A stretch of 64,000 nucleotides of DNA, taken from NCBI RefSeq assembly GCF_009834535.1, contig NC_045696.1, forward strand, positions 90,894,001 to 90,958,000, in the 5' to 3' direction. Positions within the stretch are counted from its first letter, which is position 1. Every line of letters begins with the position of its first letter. The notes under the pieces were generated by a model. It saw only the letters and a program-made list of their open reading frames with translations, ran no database searches and was not told the DNA's origin. Below are positions 26,041 through 40,299 of the stretch, in pieces. Origin of the DNA: Camelus ferus (lineage: Eukaryota). The translations under genes and the position numbers were made by a program.

Positions 26041-28529
26041 TTCCTTCACATTCTTAGTAACATACATTATCATACTTAAAACAGTGGGGATAATCATCTT
26101 AGCTTTAATCTTTTTGGCTAGATAATTGAGTAAACTAGCTTAGAAGGGCACAGATCTCGGATTTTTGTAGGTAACACATATAATGAACATATTACCCAAA
26201 TTTGAGAAATATACTATTTTAAATGATTCCAAGAGAAACAAGGATATGGATGTCAGTTAACCACACAAATCCTTATGTTTAAAAGCCAAAGATAAGCATA
26301 TTAAAGGTAGCTTGGTCGTTTATATGATTACTTGGTAGCATGTAATCAGAAAGAACATTAGATAAACAGGAAAGGCTATTTTTTAAATCTTCTAATTATA
26401 GAATCAACAACTAATTCATGGCAAATAAATAAATACAGAAAAGAAGAAAAAAAATACCTGAGTCTAGAAAAAAATTATCACACTGAGTGATCACACTGAA
26501 TTCACATCTATTAGCATTTTGGTGTTAGCTTCCAGTCTTTTTTGTTTTGCAATACAATATGTATTCACCATCAGAATAATAAAGCCAGTATCTTTGGCTC
26601 AAGCTTCCTTAGCTTTATGCTTGCTAGAGCATTTACAGTGTTCTCTTGCCTCACCAGCTATTCAAGAGGGCAAAGAAAACCACAGGCTTGTCTTCCCACA
26701 CTGCTCCCTTCCCTACAGCCCTGGAGTTTTGCCTTGATTCTTCCTATAGCAATTATGACAGTCCACACTGACACAGTTATCGAGGCATGTGTCTCTTGTT
26801 CCCGTTTAGGCTTGAAGGCAGACGCTGCCCTTTATTTTTGTCCTCATCCCCCCCATAGCTCCAACTACATATAGTGCCTTCTACTTAACACATTCTCTCT
26901 TTTTAAAGACATATACTCTTTAAATATGCATTATGAATTAGTATCAGAGATGAGGAGAGGAATAACTTCCATCATACTTAGTATATCTGTCTTTGTTGTG
27001 TACTACAGCTTTTATGGGAAATTTTGGTATCTCTCCTATACATTGTAAAGGTCTTAAGGGCAGGTACTATATGTCTTCTTTGTATGCATTTATCAAATAT
27101 TTATTGAGCAAATATTTATATGTAAGGTTTTGTGATGGGGTGGGAGTGAGGTGAGAAAAAAATTACAAAGAGCATCTATATAAATGAGACATGGTTTTGG
27201 CCCTAGACGTTTATAGATTAGCAGGGTCAAGGAAAAGTAAGTGTATCTTTCATATTGTTTAAGGGAATGAGAAGGACCAACATTTAGAGAGTATCCACTA
27301 TGACACTTTCCTAAGGCAAGTATTGTTATGATCATTTTGTTGCTGAGGAAACGGAGGCTTCAGGCAATTTATCAAGGGCCAAGACTTAGGTCTTTCTGAC
27401 TCCAAACCCAACCTTTCCCATTTGGAAATTGGGATTCCAGAGACATACGTAGAGTGAGTAAATATTGAAAGCACTGAGTAAATATTGGAAGCACATGGGC
27501 ACTGGATTACTCACCATTTAAACTGTAGTAAATTGAGGCAAGAACAGAGATGAAACCTGAGACATTACTCTTTTCCAGCCTGACACTCAGACTAAGATTT
27601 TTTTTTTTTGCTGTTCTTGGCTACCAGATGTTACCTTAGGCAACAGCAGTGTCCTGCCTGGTCTGAGTTCTCTTTCTCTTTCTTAACTTTTCCTTTGGGC
27701 AAAGCTTCCCAGAAGTGACATTTGAACTGGGTTGAGTATCCAGGTAGACAAGGTCCTAGGAGGTATTCTGGTCAAAGGAACAGGATGTGTCAAGACCTGA
27801 AAGGTATTGCTGACTCTTGGGTTCAAAGGAGTGCTGGGGAGGACAGGAAACCAGGCTCCCAAGGTTGTTAGAGTTAAAGTATGAAGCCTTTAACAAAACC
27901 AACCGACCCACTTGGTCCCAGGACTTAGTGTCCTGCATAAGAACACTGCTGGTGGAGGCTGAACACCTGCTGGCCAAGCTGGGGACCCAAACCCAGAGGT
28001 ATAGGCTTTTCTACCTGATCCGCCAGGAGTGGGTGCTTTTCCAGTTCCTGTTCTAAGAAGAGTTTGCTTTGTATGCTTCTTCCTCCAGGAGAAGGAGACA
28101 CTTTTTCTTATTTTGCACAGACTGCTGCCCTGCCTTGTAGTGTGTAGAAATTCCTGTTTTCTTAGAAAGGGAAGATTTCCCCACTTATTTCCGTTTAAGA
28201 GTCCTTGGATAGAAAACAAGTATCAAACACAAGTAGATGACATGTGTGAAGAGCACTTTTTTCCCCTAGAAAGGAGGTGTTTTCCACTTTACCAGCTGGC
28301 CATCTTTCTCTCTCCTTCTCCTCAATCAAGCTATTTGCTCTAAAGAATTAGAAAAAATAGGAAAAGTAAACATAAGCTGGCTACTATTTAATTTCCTCAT
28401 CTGTATAATGGGGATAATTCTACTACCTACTTCATGGGGCTCATGAGGCTTAAATGCAGTAATTTATATCAAAGATAGCTGGAGTAATATCTGGCAAATC
28501 AGATGTGCTGAAGAAGCATTAGCTGCCTG

Positions 28530-28622
28530 CCTCCTCCCCCTCCCCTTACTCCTCATCCCCTCCTCCTTTTCCTCCACCCCTCCTCCTTTTTCTCTTCCTC
28601 CTCTTTGTCTTCCTCCTTCTCT
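28530..28622. repeat. CT-rich low-complexity polypyrimidine tract
   Basis: (CCT)n-like run visible. Confidence 0.85.
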
Positions 28623-30339
28623 GTGACCAAATGCTTATTTGGATCAATATGCTCTCTTTCCCTCCCGCCTGTTGATTGGCCTTCTGCTCAAGTCACCCTG
28701 AAATGAATTGGATAGTCCTTATCATATTTACATAAGGTTAAATATTTTTTAATGTATGAGCATTTTGAGAGTTAATAATGCTGTCTTTTCTGTATGGGTT
28801 TAATGCAATCCAAAGTCTCAATGGCTATTCTATCCATTTAAGTGATTTTTGTCAACATTATCAAGGGTTGGTCTTTATCTTTAAATTCTATTTTCATAAT
28901 GAAGTATGCAAAAACCTCTAGCTACATAAAACTGACGTAAATCCTATAAGTCTTTAAATGGGTCAAGAAGGTCTAGTAGTAAAAATGTTTTTATAATTTT
29001 AAGTATATAAGTCAGCTTCTACATTAGTCTAAAAAACATTAATCTAAAATAAATATAATTCCTATGAAAGTATTCAGTTCATTTTATTATACCCAGTTTT
29101 GTAAAAAAAAAAATGCATATCCAAATATACCACTTCTGTTTTCTGCTTATAGAAGAGAACTGAAAAATGGATAACCCAAAGTAATGTATATTTTGACAAA
29201 AATTTGCAGAATACTTTAGAACGTATTACATAATTGTTCATTTCTTTGTGTTCTTTAACAAAGAGAAATATAAAATTTATTTTGTATTTTCTGAGTAGAT
29301 TAATTGCCAGGTGGGGGGGATTATAAATTCATCAGTGTAAATCCCCAAACCTAGCTCTGCTAGTTGGTAGTTGAAAATGAATGTAGGTATCATTATGTAA
29401 CCAGTAAGACTAGGCAGAATAAAAATCTACATCTCTCAAATATCCATTTTCTACAGAGGGTTTTAAGATTTTCTTTAGTGGAAGTGAGCTTTGGAGGGGC
29501 AGTGATTATAAAATAAATCCTGAACTACATGTTTATTCCATCCCTTTCACAGATTTTCCATTACAATTTTGAGGAAGAAATATGATTTTGTGTTCTTTGG
29601 TTAATTTTATTCCTGCTAGTTTATTCAACATCTGGAGGCTTAATAAGACTAATGGTCACAAGAAATAGAATATTTGAGCCTTTATAAATAAATTCTGGCA
29701 ATGGTTACTCAGGTATATCATCAAGAAGGTTGTTATGTACTCTTAATTTTGTTCTAGGAGGGAAGATGGATTACTTCCTCCTAAGATTTTAGCAAACAAA
29801 TACTGTTTTTTTTTTACATATTTTACTTTAGAAATATCTATTTTTCTTCAATTTTTTCAAGAAATTTGATTTAACAGAAATGCTATATTTATTACTTTTT
29901 ATTCCTTGAAAATAAGGGAATAGAGCAGATGATATTCCTATGTTGTCTGGAAAGGATTTGATTTTGATTTTTAACAATTCTGACTGATGAGGACTTCAGG
30001 AATCCAAGTTGTAGCAATTTTAGGTATAAATCTATCACCCTTAAGTGATTATTGATAACTCCTGAAATCAGTTTTACTGAAGGATGGCTGATACAGTTAG
30101 ACTGGCCACAAGAATAGCCAAAATTCACTTATGAGAAGAATAAATATTATATCATTCCTCTTTGATTGCCTCCCCCAACCTCTATTTTTAAGTTTGAAAA
30201 AAAAAAAAAGGTAAGGAACATAAATAAATAGGGTAAAATAAACCATGTATTACCTTCAATAGCTCATGGTCTAGTTGGATTAACAGATTAGACAATATGA
30301 CTCTGTTATTGAATAACATAAGTGTCTTGGAAGTTTTAT

Positions 30340-30560
30340 AGTACTGTGGTTAAGGCATAGGTGATGAACTCAGACAGCCCAAGATCAAAACCTTGTTCTG
30401 CCATGTTCCAGCTAGGTGGATTTGGACAACTGTTTAATCTCTTTAAGCATCAGTTTTCTTGTTTAAGTTTTTCTTGTGTTTGAGATTTAAACGAACATGC
30501 AAAGTGCTCATGCAAAGTGCATAGCATACAATGAGTGCTTAAAGAATTTTAGCTATTTTG
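30340..30560 (+). mobile_element. MIR SINE
   Basis: tgtggttaagg...tcagacag...tctgcca...tttaatctctttaagcatcagtttt...aaagtgct. Confidence 0.7.
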
Positions 30561-31650
30561 GTTAGATTAATGTTTGTAGATGACAGAGTCCTTACCTGAT
30601 TAAGGGGCTGAGGGCAGAGCAGCGGTCTCAGTTAGGTGGTGTCAATCAGAGACAACATCCTATAGGAGAGGAAATTTGACCTCATTCTTGAAGTGCCAAT
30701 GTGTTGATGAAGAGGGAGAAGGAATATTCAGGTACTGAAACTGACATGCAAGTAAAAACAAATATGCGTTTGAGGCTAAATAAATCATATTCATTGGAGT
30801 TTGAAAATACATTTGCCTTCCCAGAGGTGGATTTGCATAGGAGAGTAAGAAAGGTTGAGGTTGATTAAATGGTCAAATGAATGTTAGTTCACATGTGAAA
30901 AAAATCTGTTTGAAAATAGGGGACTTCTGTGTTCTTAAACCAAAGAATGAGGTTACAAAACAAATCTTTGTGAAGGTGATTCAAACAGTAGTTTCTGGGT
31001 TGGATGAGGAGATGATGGGGTCCGTGGAGGTTGTTGATAGTCCAGGTACTGCACATTTGGTTCTGGGAAGTATCTGTGGAATTGGAAAGCAAAACAGCAA
31101 TTCCCAGAGGCAGTTTGGATATGGCACAGCTTGGTTACATACTCAAGATGGGAGTTGAAATTGTGTAGTTGATAATAACTTCTGTTACTACTTTATCAGC
31201 TTCCTTGAATGTAAATAGAACCTCCCATTCCATCCCAATGGAGGAGATGATCTTTGTCTAGGAACTTCATCAGGACTTCTACAATGGTAATAGAGTTCTG
31301 GACTTTGGTTACTCCAGGGGAACTCAGATATTGAGGAAGATAAATTACTATTTACAAGAAAGTGGCAGGAATGTGTGTATGTGTCTGTGTATGTATGTAT
31401 GTATGTGTGAGTATATATATATGTGTCTGCACACACACACACACACACGTTTTTCTTTTCTTTTTTTTTTCTCCTTATTGGGCTAACATAGGAGGGAAGA
31501 TGTGAGAAAGCTAGAAGAGACATAAAGAACATGAAAGACTTTTATGAATGGAGATTTCTAATATGAAATGTAAGTTTGTTGTGTGATGTAGTCTTTTTGA
31601 GTAATCCCAGACATGCCAGCACAGATGCCATGCTGATAGGAGTGAGTGTC

Positions 31651-31653
<3 letters not shown>

Positions 31654-31689
<36 letters not shown>
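31654..31689. repeat. (GT)n microsatellite
   Basis: Directly visible. Confidence 0.95.
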
Positions 31690-31692
<3 letters not shown>

Positions 31693-32609
31693 TTTCAGTT
31701 ATGGAAAGGGACTGAGATCTATGCCTGGGTTGATGCAGTGTGGGAAAGAACTTTGGCCTGGAAAGGCAAAATGATCCTTAAACTGAACTAACTGAGCAGA
31801 GGAGGGAGCTGAACACCAAAGATGCTCATGACAAAACGATTCTGGGAATTTGCAGAAATCCAGGGAGAACATGGATTTCTACAAGTCACTGAGTGTGGGT
31901 TGAGTTTCCCTTATTGTGATCTTAAAGGATAGGGTGACTGGATGAATTTTTATAGATGTAAATTTGACTTTACACATTTATTTTAATAGGGATAAAGAGT
32001 GACTAAATATGTCTGCTTTTGGTATTATGTGTCCTCCAGGCTGAAGTTGCCTCAGTGGCTTCTTGATGCTGCTGCCCAGGTAGGAGCCTCAGAGAAGTTA
32101 ATTTGCCTGCCAGGCTGGTTTGGCTTCTTTCAGCCTTTTCTCTGATACTGAGATATCACAGTGTGGGTGCCAGTGTTTTTCTGACTTATCTCCACGACTG
32201 AAAGCTCCACCTCCCCCTGCTTGTCAATAAACATGACAGCTAGAGATGATCTTTCTATGGCAGAGTAGCATTTTAAATTTTAAAGTACTTAATGTCTACT
32301 CCCAGAAACAGTGGGAAGAAAATCTGAGGCATTGCATTTTTTAGATGAATGTTTTTAAGAATCTGCTTGGAGTCATCTCTTGGTCTTTGTCTCATTTCTA
32401 ATTTTGTGGTTATAATGCTGTTTTAAAATTAAATGTAATAAAGCACAAACCAAATTAGTATGTCATCTGACTTTTTTGCTTTTTATTATTTTTAGTATTA
32501 TACCTAATAATATTCCTGCTTTTCAGCAGATTGTTTTCCCACTGAAATAAATAGGAGATGTGGATGGAGAATTAAGCATAAAGATAATAGAATTACATGG
32601 AATTGGTGC

Positions 32610-32830
32610 TTGTGACAGCATTAAGATTACTTGTATTGGAATCCCAGCTCTGCTACTTCCTAGCCTGGTAACCTTAAAGAAGTAATTTAAACTCTCTGGT
32701 CTTCAGTTAAAGTCATCTGTAAAATGGGGTTAATAATAATACCTACCTCTCAGGGCTGTTACGATAATTCATGTCAAGCTCCTAGAACAGTACCTAGTGA
32801 GTGCTCAGATAGCTATTTATTTTTTATGAT
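32610..32830 (+). mobile_element. MIR SINE
   Basis: aatcccagctctgctacttcctagc...catctgtaaaatggggttaataataatacctacctctcagggctgtt. Confidence 0.8.
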
Positions 32831-33239
32831 GTTATATTATTATCATAATATAATAATAATAATATAATACTATTTTATTATCTATAGAAAAATTAGTTGA
32901 CTGGAATAACTAATCATTATTTCATTTGTTTCATCTTGTGAAAAAGTAATACTTTCTCATTTGATTATTTTCCAGAGTCATACATTTGCTTTCCTATGAC
33001 TTTTGGCTATTTTCACAAGTTAATATTTAAATGCATAAAAACTTGCTATGATTGTGGATATTCTAAGAATGTTCTGTTGAGCTTGAAGACAGCACCCAGA
33101 AAGGAATTCCTCTAACATTTGTAGTGTGATTAGAATAAGTGTGAGATCTCCCCAAATGTTGCCTTTGAAGGGGATAACATTCATTTGAAAATGCAAATCC
33201 TTCTTTTTTAAATAACATAACCAAATTCATTCACAGTAT

Positions 33240-33744
33240 TGTGATAGGGAGAAAAATAGCCCACCCAAAATGTCCATATCTTAACCCCCAAAGCCTGTGA
33301 GTATGTTGTTACATGGCAAGGAGGAATTAAGATTGCTAATCAGCTGACTTGGAGATGAGGAGAGTATTCCGGATTATCCAGGTGGGCCTGGGGGTTCTTA
33401 TAGGTGAAAGATGGAAGCAGGTGAGTCAGTATCAGTAATGCAGGCTGAGAAAGACCCATCCTCCACCGCTTGCTTTGCAGATGGAAGATGGCCAGAAGCC
33501 AAAACTGAAGGCAGCTTCTAGATGCTGGAGGAGGTAAAGACTTTGTTTCTAGAGGAGACTTCTAGAAACAAAGTCTTTCTCATCTAGAGCCTCCAGAAGG
33601 AATGCAGCCCTGATGCCATCTTGGTTTTAGCCCAGTGAGACCCATTTCAGACTTCTAACTTCCAGAACTGTATAATAAACTTGTGTTGCTTTAAAACACA
33701 AAGCTTACGGTAACTTATTAAAGCAGCAGTAGGAAATTAAAACA
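33240..33744 (+). mobile_element. MLT1D-like MaLR solo LTR
   Basis: ggattatccaggtgggcc, gagcctccagaaggaatgcagccctg, ccagaactgtataataaa; TG...CA ends. Confidence 0.9.
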
Positions 33745-34429
33745 ATACCATACTTCGTGATATCTCATGCCATGGGCTAAGTTTAAAATTAAAATCCTTT
33801 TGTTTATGTCTTTAATAGTTTTAGGAAGCTTAGAAGAAGGATAAAGGACACTTTCGGAAGAGAGGAATGATTATTCCAAAAAATTATCACCCGAAGTATA
33901 AATGTTAGTAAAGAAATGTTCTCTGCTATTTCAGTGGAAAGGTTATCTTCCTTTCCATTTCACTGGGCAGAGATTACTCATAGTTTGAAGCACATGCCTG
34001 GAATGAGAATGGAGGATAAATAAGGGTCTTGTGCCATGGACAGAGCAAATAGCCGAAGAGAATCTCACCTTTGGCAGAATGGCTGTGTTTGTGAAAATTT
34101 TGAGATTAAACTGATGAAGCCTCTATTTATAGAATTATTCTGATTGTTTCTTTTTTCCCCAGGCTACTGGAGGTAAATACATATGCTATTCATTGACAAA
34201 TACATTTTTTTTCTCCCTATGGAAGTATAAGTGATAGAGTATCTGCAACTTTTAGGTATATTAAAGCTTAAAAAGAAAAAAGGGACAATTAAAAAATAGT
34301 CTATGTTGGTATGAGGTGTGGATGATTATTCTGCAGCATAATTTTGTGGAAGAGGGGCACAGAATTCATAGTATGTGGAACAGTAAAGTTTAAAGGCCAA
34401 AGGAGCATTTACTGGCAATGGATTACAGG

Positions 34430-34930
34430 GAAGGTTTCAAATAAGAGAATTTCAATAGAATGAGTACAGTCAGAAGAGACAAAGAAAATGAAGAGGCCAA
34501 GTGAGCTAGTGCTAACTGAAGGAATTAAAAAGAATAAGCAGAGTCATTTACAACTTTATCAGGGAAAAAGAAATACAAGAGAGAATGGCCCGTCAATAAA
34601 TGAGGAGGGAGGAGAAATCGATGTTAGTTGTAAAATGTCTGAGCTATTGAACTGCTTTTTTCAAGTCCATCTTATAAAAAAATAGGGGTCTGGATAATTA
34701 GGAAGTAATTAAAGTTCCGCTGACTTTGAGGCACTATTGATAATAAATAAATGAATAATTACTAATTGCATTAATGAAATGTGTGCGTATGTAGAAGAAG
34801 TGTGTTCTATAATAAATTTCCCTGGACCAGTGGTCATTATTACACCACTTGTAAAACTAGCAGTGAATTGGGGTTGGGGAGAAACCCACTTCCATACATG
34901 CACAATTAATTAGATCCAATGATTTGACCA
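34430..34930 (+). mobile_element. CR1/L3 LINE ORF2 fossil
   Basis: ORF 34488-34685 ELVLTEGIKKNKQ...KRNTRENGPSINEEG...KMSELLNCFF resembles CR1 ORF2p ELxLAxxxKxNKKxF...KxxxxExxGPLxxExG...KAELLNxFF; a PGP motif lies downstream at about 34820. Confidence 0.6.
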
Positions 34931-35334
34931 GAGGAAAAAGACAAAGGAATGAACTCTTCAGGATGAAATCCAGAGGATCTGGTATCAGTTTACTTAAACA
35001 AACAACACCAAAGCTGGCACACACAAATAATATTGTAACAAAACAGTTACAGGTTTGGGATCAGGAACTATATAAAGTACAGTTCTTAGTTGATCATTGT
35101 CCATAGAACCTGGATCACTCAGTTGACTGACTACACAATTTTTACAAATGCTAGATAATTGGGAGTTTAACCTCTCTGGAACTAAAATGTTAGGGAAAAT
35201 TGCAGACTCTTCAGTTCTTGTTATATCATGTGGACCTAGAGATGAGCTCACTATAGTATGAATTGGATGAACATATCTCATACACTTTTTATTCATTAAT
35301 GAATTGATGTAAGAATGGACTTTTTTGGTAAATC

Positions 35335-35550
35335 AGAGGTGGTGCAGAGTAGGGAAGAACAAAAGATTTGAAGTCAGAGAGGCCTGGGTTAGAATCTTGC
35401 CTCAACCCCATGCCATGAGCACATGGCCAAATTCCTTGACCTTTTTGAAGGAATGTAATCATATTTATTACATATGGTTTTATGAAGATTAAGTGAAATA
35501 GCTGATATACAACTTGGCACAAAGTAGATATTCAACAAATAAAACTTACT
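35335..35550 (+). mobile_element. MIR SINE
   Basis: ttgaagtcagagaggcctgggttagaatcttgcctc...tatgaagattaagtga...cttggcacaaagtagatattcaa. Confidence 0.7.
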
Positions 35551-38254
35551 GTGATAATGATATGGTAGATTTGAGTGAAATGTGATTTGAGTGAAACGTG
35601 ATTTGAGTGAAACATGCTTGCTTGAAATAGGGCACCCAGAGTCTATTTTTTGCTCTAATCTTGAATAACATAGCACTTGCCATGTTGGTACTTAATAAAT
35701 AGTAGCTATTAATGTGTATTTGTTATTTAGCTCTGTTAGCTTGGGAAAATTATAGTCTCATTTTACCTCGATTTCTGCATAAATTAGGATTAACCTATAT
35801 TTTTTTTGAGAATTTGCTGAGCATTATTGGAGCACATGGATCCTGAAGGAACTTAAGAGTTTAGTTGCAGGGGTAAAACTAAAGTATAGGAAACAACAGG
35901 AGATGAGTGGGCATAAATTCTCACATGCGCATAAAGAGTTCAGAGAACAGAGAGGGTGGATCATTGTAGCAACAGAAGGCATGACAAGGAAAATAAATGG
36001 CACTTATTCTGGGCCTTGAAGATTACTTAAGATTTGGATGGATGAGGAGATAGTGGAGAAGTAAAAATACTTTCTGGGTGGTGGAGAACAGCCTGGGCCA
36101 GGGTGTGAAGATGGGGGTGGTTGCATATGATGATTGCATTTCTGAACGTGGAGCATACGATATAGTGTAAGGTCTGAGGATTGTACCAGAATATTTGAAA
36201 TTGGGGCCATTGTCTTCATCTGAGGAGAGGTGAATGAATGTTGGCTAAAAGGGAGTGTTAAGGTTGGAGAAATAATTGGAGGACAAAGCAGAAGGATGCT
36301 GTCACTTCTAATAACTGGCTTTCTAAGGGGTTATGGCTTTAGATGAAATGAGATTTTTGAATCCCTTAAATGCTTTTTTTTTTGTGAGAATCTGTAACCA
36401 TTCATAGAAATTTAATTTTTATGATTTGCTTCCTTCAAGCTTATGAATCCTTTGAGGTGGGAACCAAGTTTTTTTTCACCTTCATATATGAGCCCTTACT
36501 GTAGTACCTGACACATAATAATGAACATAAAATACTTGTGGGATGGATGAAAACTTCTGTAGGTTATAAACATGAAAGGACATTCAATATTTGTTTCTCA
36601 GTTACATTTATTTTAGTTGCACATTTTATCTATTTCTAAAAAGACTTACAGTAGCTTGCACATTGAAATAGAATACTAGCTAAGAAACAGAAGTCATATT
36701 TCAGAAGGAGAAAGTTTCTCTCCTTTTAGGCACCTAGGCTAAGCAGATTAGGATATTCCAGCAAGAAATTTGGATTTGGTTTCTGGCAGTTGTAACATAC
36801 AGAGAATCACACTATGCTTTCGTTTTCTGATAAGCAGCCTACAACATTCAACTGCAGAGAAAAAGTTTTCCCAGAAAACAAACTTAAGGAGGAACTGATC
36901 ACATGGGAGCTTATAATATTTCAATTAAACATTCCCGTATAGGAAGGGATTCACTTGGATGGGAGTGAGCATAAAATAGACTCTAGAGAGAATTGGTGCT
37001 GAGACTAGTCCCATTTCCTCTGGCTCTCCAGATGGTTCATGGGTGAAATTTCCCCAGTTTTAAATTTTTATTTACTTTTTTTAATTTTGGAAGTGCTGTG
37101 CATCTGGAAAAAATAACCACAAATTCAGTTGTTTAAAAAGTAAATATATTTATGTATAGTTAGAGAATGGAGTTCATATTAAATGATTTTGCTTTGAAAC
37201 CTGGTAAATAACTTGGAAAATAGCATAAAACACTTTGCAGGACCATGGCTCATAAATTTATAACATCGCTTTTATTAATTTGGAAACTTCATGAGCTGAG
37301 ATGAAGAGAGGAGTCCTTGAATTGATTTCCACATTACGCTGATTTTGTGATCATCTGTGTACTAAGAGACCACCCAATTCATCTCTGTTGTAACTAACAC
37401 CAGATTTTGTCCTGGATTTGAAATCTCTGGCTATGACATGCAACATATTTAAAAAATCTGTTTGATTGATAGTTTAATCATTGTTCCCTATTACATCAGC
37501 AGCCAGGCCTAGTATTCCAATTTTGAAGGATTGTTTTGCCTTTGTCCCTGTGTCACACAAAGTACTTGTGGCTTGCCAATAGGAGACCTGATTGAAGCTT
37601 TATAGATTTCAGACATAGTTGAAAGTTTAAATTTTACGTTATGTTTTTGCGGTTATCTTTTAGACAGCATGTGATTTCTAGTCCTCCTGTTATAAAATGA
37701 AGTCGACTTTCCAATCATTTTCATCGTGTGCTCTTGTCTCTTCCTTCCTCTCTTCCATATTTATATGGAAGCGTCAATGATTTTATACTTCTGAAAAGCT
37801 AGTGGAAAAGCCAGTCACCACTTGCTCCTTTTGAACCCTATGAGGCAAACACGTATGTAATCACGTTTTTGTCTGTGTGTGGTTGCAAATTCTTCCTTTT
37901 GGTCAGTGTCATCATTTTAGGTTTTCTACGTGATTTAACAACCAGGCAAGTCAGCATGGTTTTAGAGGCTGAAAAAAATTAAACCAGGCCTTAAAAAATG
38001 ACTGTAGCTAAGTACAACATTTAACTGAACTTGACATTTGGATTCATCCACTGATGGTGTACTCTACTGCTCAGGCCAAGTCGTTAAGCAGAAGTCTGTC
38101 TGCGGAGATCCTGCTTCCCAGGCGCCTCTCTGATTTCCTTACTCCCCTAATGAAATTTTTCGGTTTCCTCTCCACTTCTTCCCCCCACATCTATAACAAC
38201 TCACCTAAATTGTCTGTTTTTGGTAATGTTTCATGTTTTGGGTCTCAATAAATA

Positions 38255-40217
38255 TCTTTAATTGACAAATAATTGATACACAATGAACTGCTCCTAAAGA
38301 GTAAACTTTGATAATTTTTGATATATGTATACCCCTGTGATCACTACAGTAAAAATAATGAACACACTCACCACCACCCAACGTTTCCTCATGCTAACTA
38401 CTGTTAGCCACATTTCACAAATTTTGATACCTCATGTTTTCATTTTCATTCATTTCAAAATACTTTCTAACTTCCCTTTTGATTTCTTCTTTGGTCCATT
38501 GGTTATTTGGAAGTGTGTTTTTAGTTTTCAAATAGTTGAGATTTTCTAGATATTTTTATGTTTTAATTTGAATTTAATTTTATTTTGTTTGGAGAACATA
38601 CTTTGTATAATTTGAATCCTTTTAATTATAAGAGACTTGATTTATGACCCAGACTATGGTTGCTCTTACTAAATTTTTTTGTGTGCACTTGAAAATAATT
38701 CTGTTGAGTTCAGTGGTCTATAATTTTAAATTATATAAAGATAGTTGATAGTCCGTTTCCATCTTCTATATCCTTAGTGATTTTCTGTCTACTTGTTCTG
38801 TAAATTATTGAATGAGAATGTTGAAATCTCTGCCTACAATTGTTGATTTGTCTAATTCTCTCTGAAGTTTTATGTTTTTGTTTTATGTTTTGAAGTTTGT
38901 CATTAGGTGCATAAGCATTTAAGGCTTATTATATCATCTTGATGGAGGGACCCTTTTACTAGTTGAGATGACTCTCTTTATCACTGATAAAATTTTTTGC
39001 TCTAAAAAGCAATAATATTTATTATGTCTGATATTACTATAGCCACTTCAGCTTTATAAAGTAAGTGTTAGCATAGTATATTTTCCCTCATCCTATTACT
39101 TTTAACCTAGTTGTGCCTTTATATTTTGACTCTTTTTAAAAATTCAATCTAATAATTGCTGCCTTTTAATTGAGATATTTAAACCATTCATAGTTAATGT
39201 GATTATTGCTATAGTTGGGTTTAGGTTTACGATTTACCAATGAAGAAGTTCTATTTACTAATAGAAGATTGTCTGGTTTCTCATCTGTTTTTTTATTCTT
39301 CTTTATTGTCTGTATTTGCCTCCATTTGGATTGAATACTTTTTGTGAATCCATTTTAACTCTCTTGTTGGCTTACTAGCTATATAATTGCTTTAGGGTTT
39401 ATAGTGATGTTAGTGATGACACATTTCACATATTGGATGTTAAAGTAAGAACCTTGCAATAGTATACTTCCATTTCTCCACTCCCGGACTTTGTGCTATT
39501 TATGTCTTACATTTTATTTCTATATATGTTATAAACCTAACAATACCTTGCTATCATTTTGCTAAAGTAGTCAGTTACCTTTTAAATAGGTTTAGAAATG
39601 AGAAGAAGTTCTTTTATTTTAACTCTTTGTATTTATCTGGTGTTCTTTTCTTTGTGTAAATCTATACTTCTGTCTGGTATTTTCCTTCTGCCTGAAGAAC
39701 TCCTGGTGATAAACTCTTTCAGCTTTTGCATGTCTGAAAAAGTCTTTATTTGCTTTTTATATTTAAAGATATTTTTGCTGTGTGCAGAACTCCAGGTTGA
39801 CTTAAAAAATACATTGAAAATGTTACTCCATTGTCTTTTGGCTTGCATTACTTCCAATAAGAAATCTGCTATCTCCCTTATCTTTGTTCCTCTGTGTAAC
39901 ATATAGTTCTCTCTGGCTGCCTAAAATGTTTTTTCTTTTTACTAGTGGTTTAAAATAATTTAAATATGATGTGCCTTGGTATGGTTTTCTTCAATTTTCT
40001 TGTGCTTTGGGTTTGTTGAACTGCTTTTGAACTAATTGGATCTGAAGGTTTATAGATTTCATCAAATTGGAGAGAATTTTGTTCATTATTCCTTCAGTTA
40101 TTATTTTTTTTGTTTCCCACTCTCTTTCCTTGTTTTGGGGGACTTCAGTTATGAGTGTATTAGGCCAATTAAAGTTGTTCCATGCTCACTGAGGCTCTGT
40201 TCATTTCCTTCCTCCAT

Positions 40218-40299
<82 letters not shown>

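Noticed and set aside
27455..27494. 20-bp direct repeat pair (tgagtaaatattgRaagcac)
   Set aside because: It is a simple tandem duplication with no spacers; not CRISPR-like.
34163..34172. 10-nt microexon-like ttttccccag|GCTACTGGAG|gtaaat
   Set aside because: It is frame-shifting with a weak donor, and such matches are expected by chance in 64 kb.
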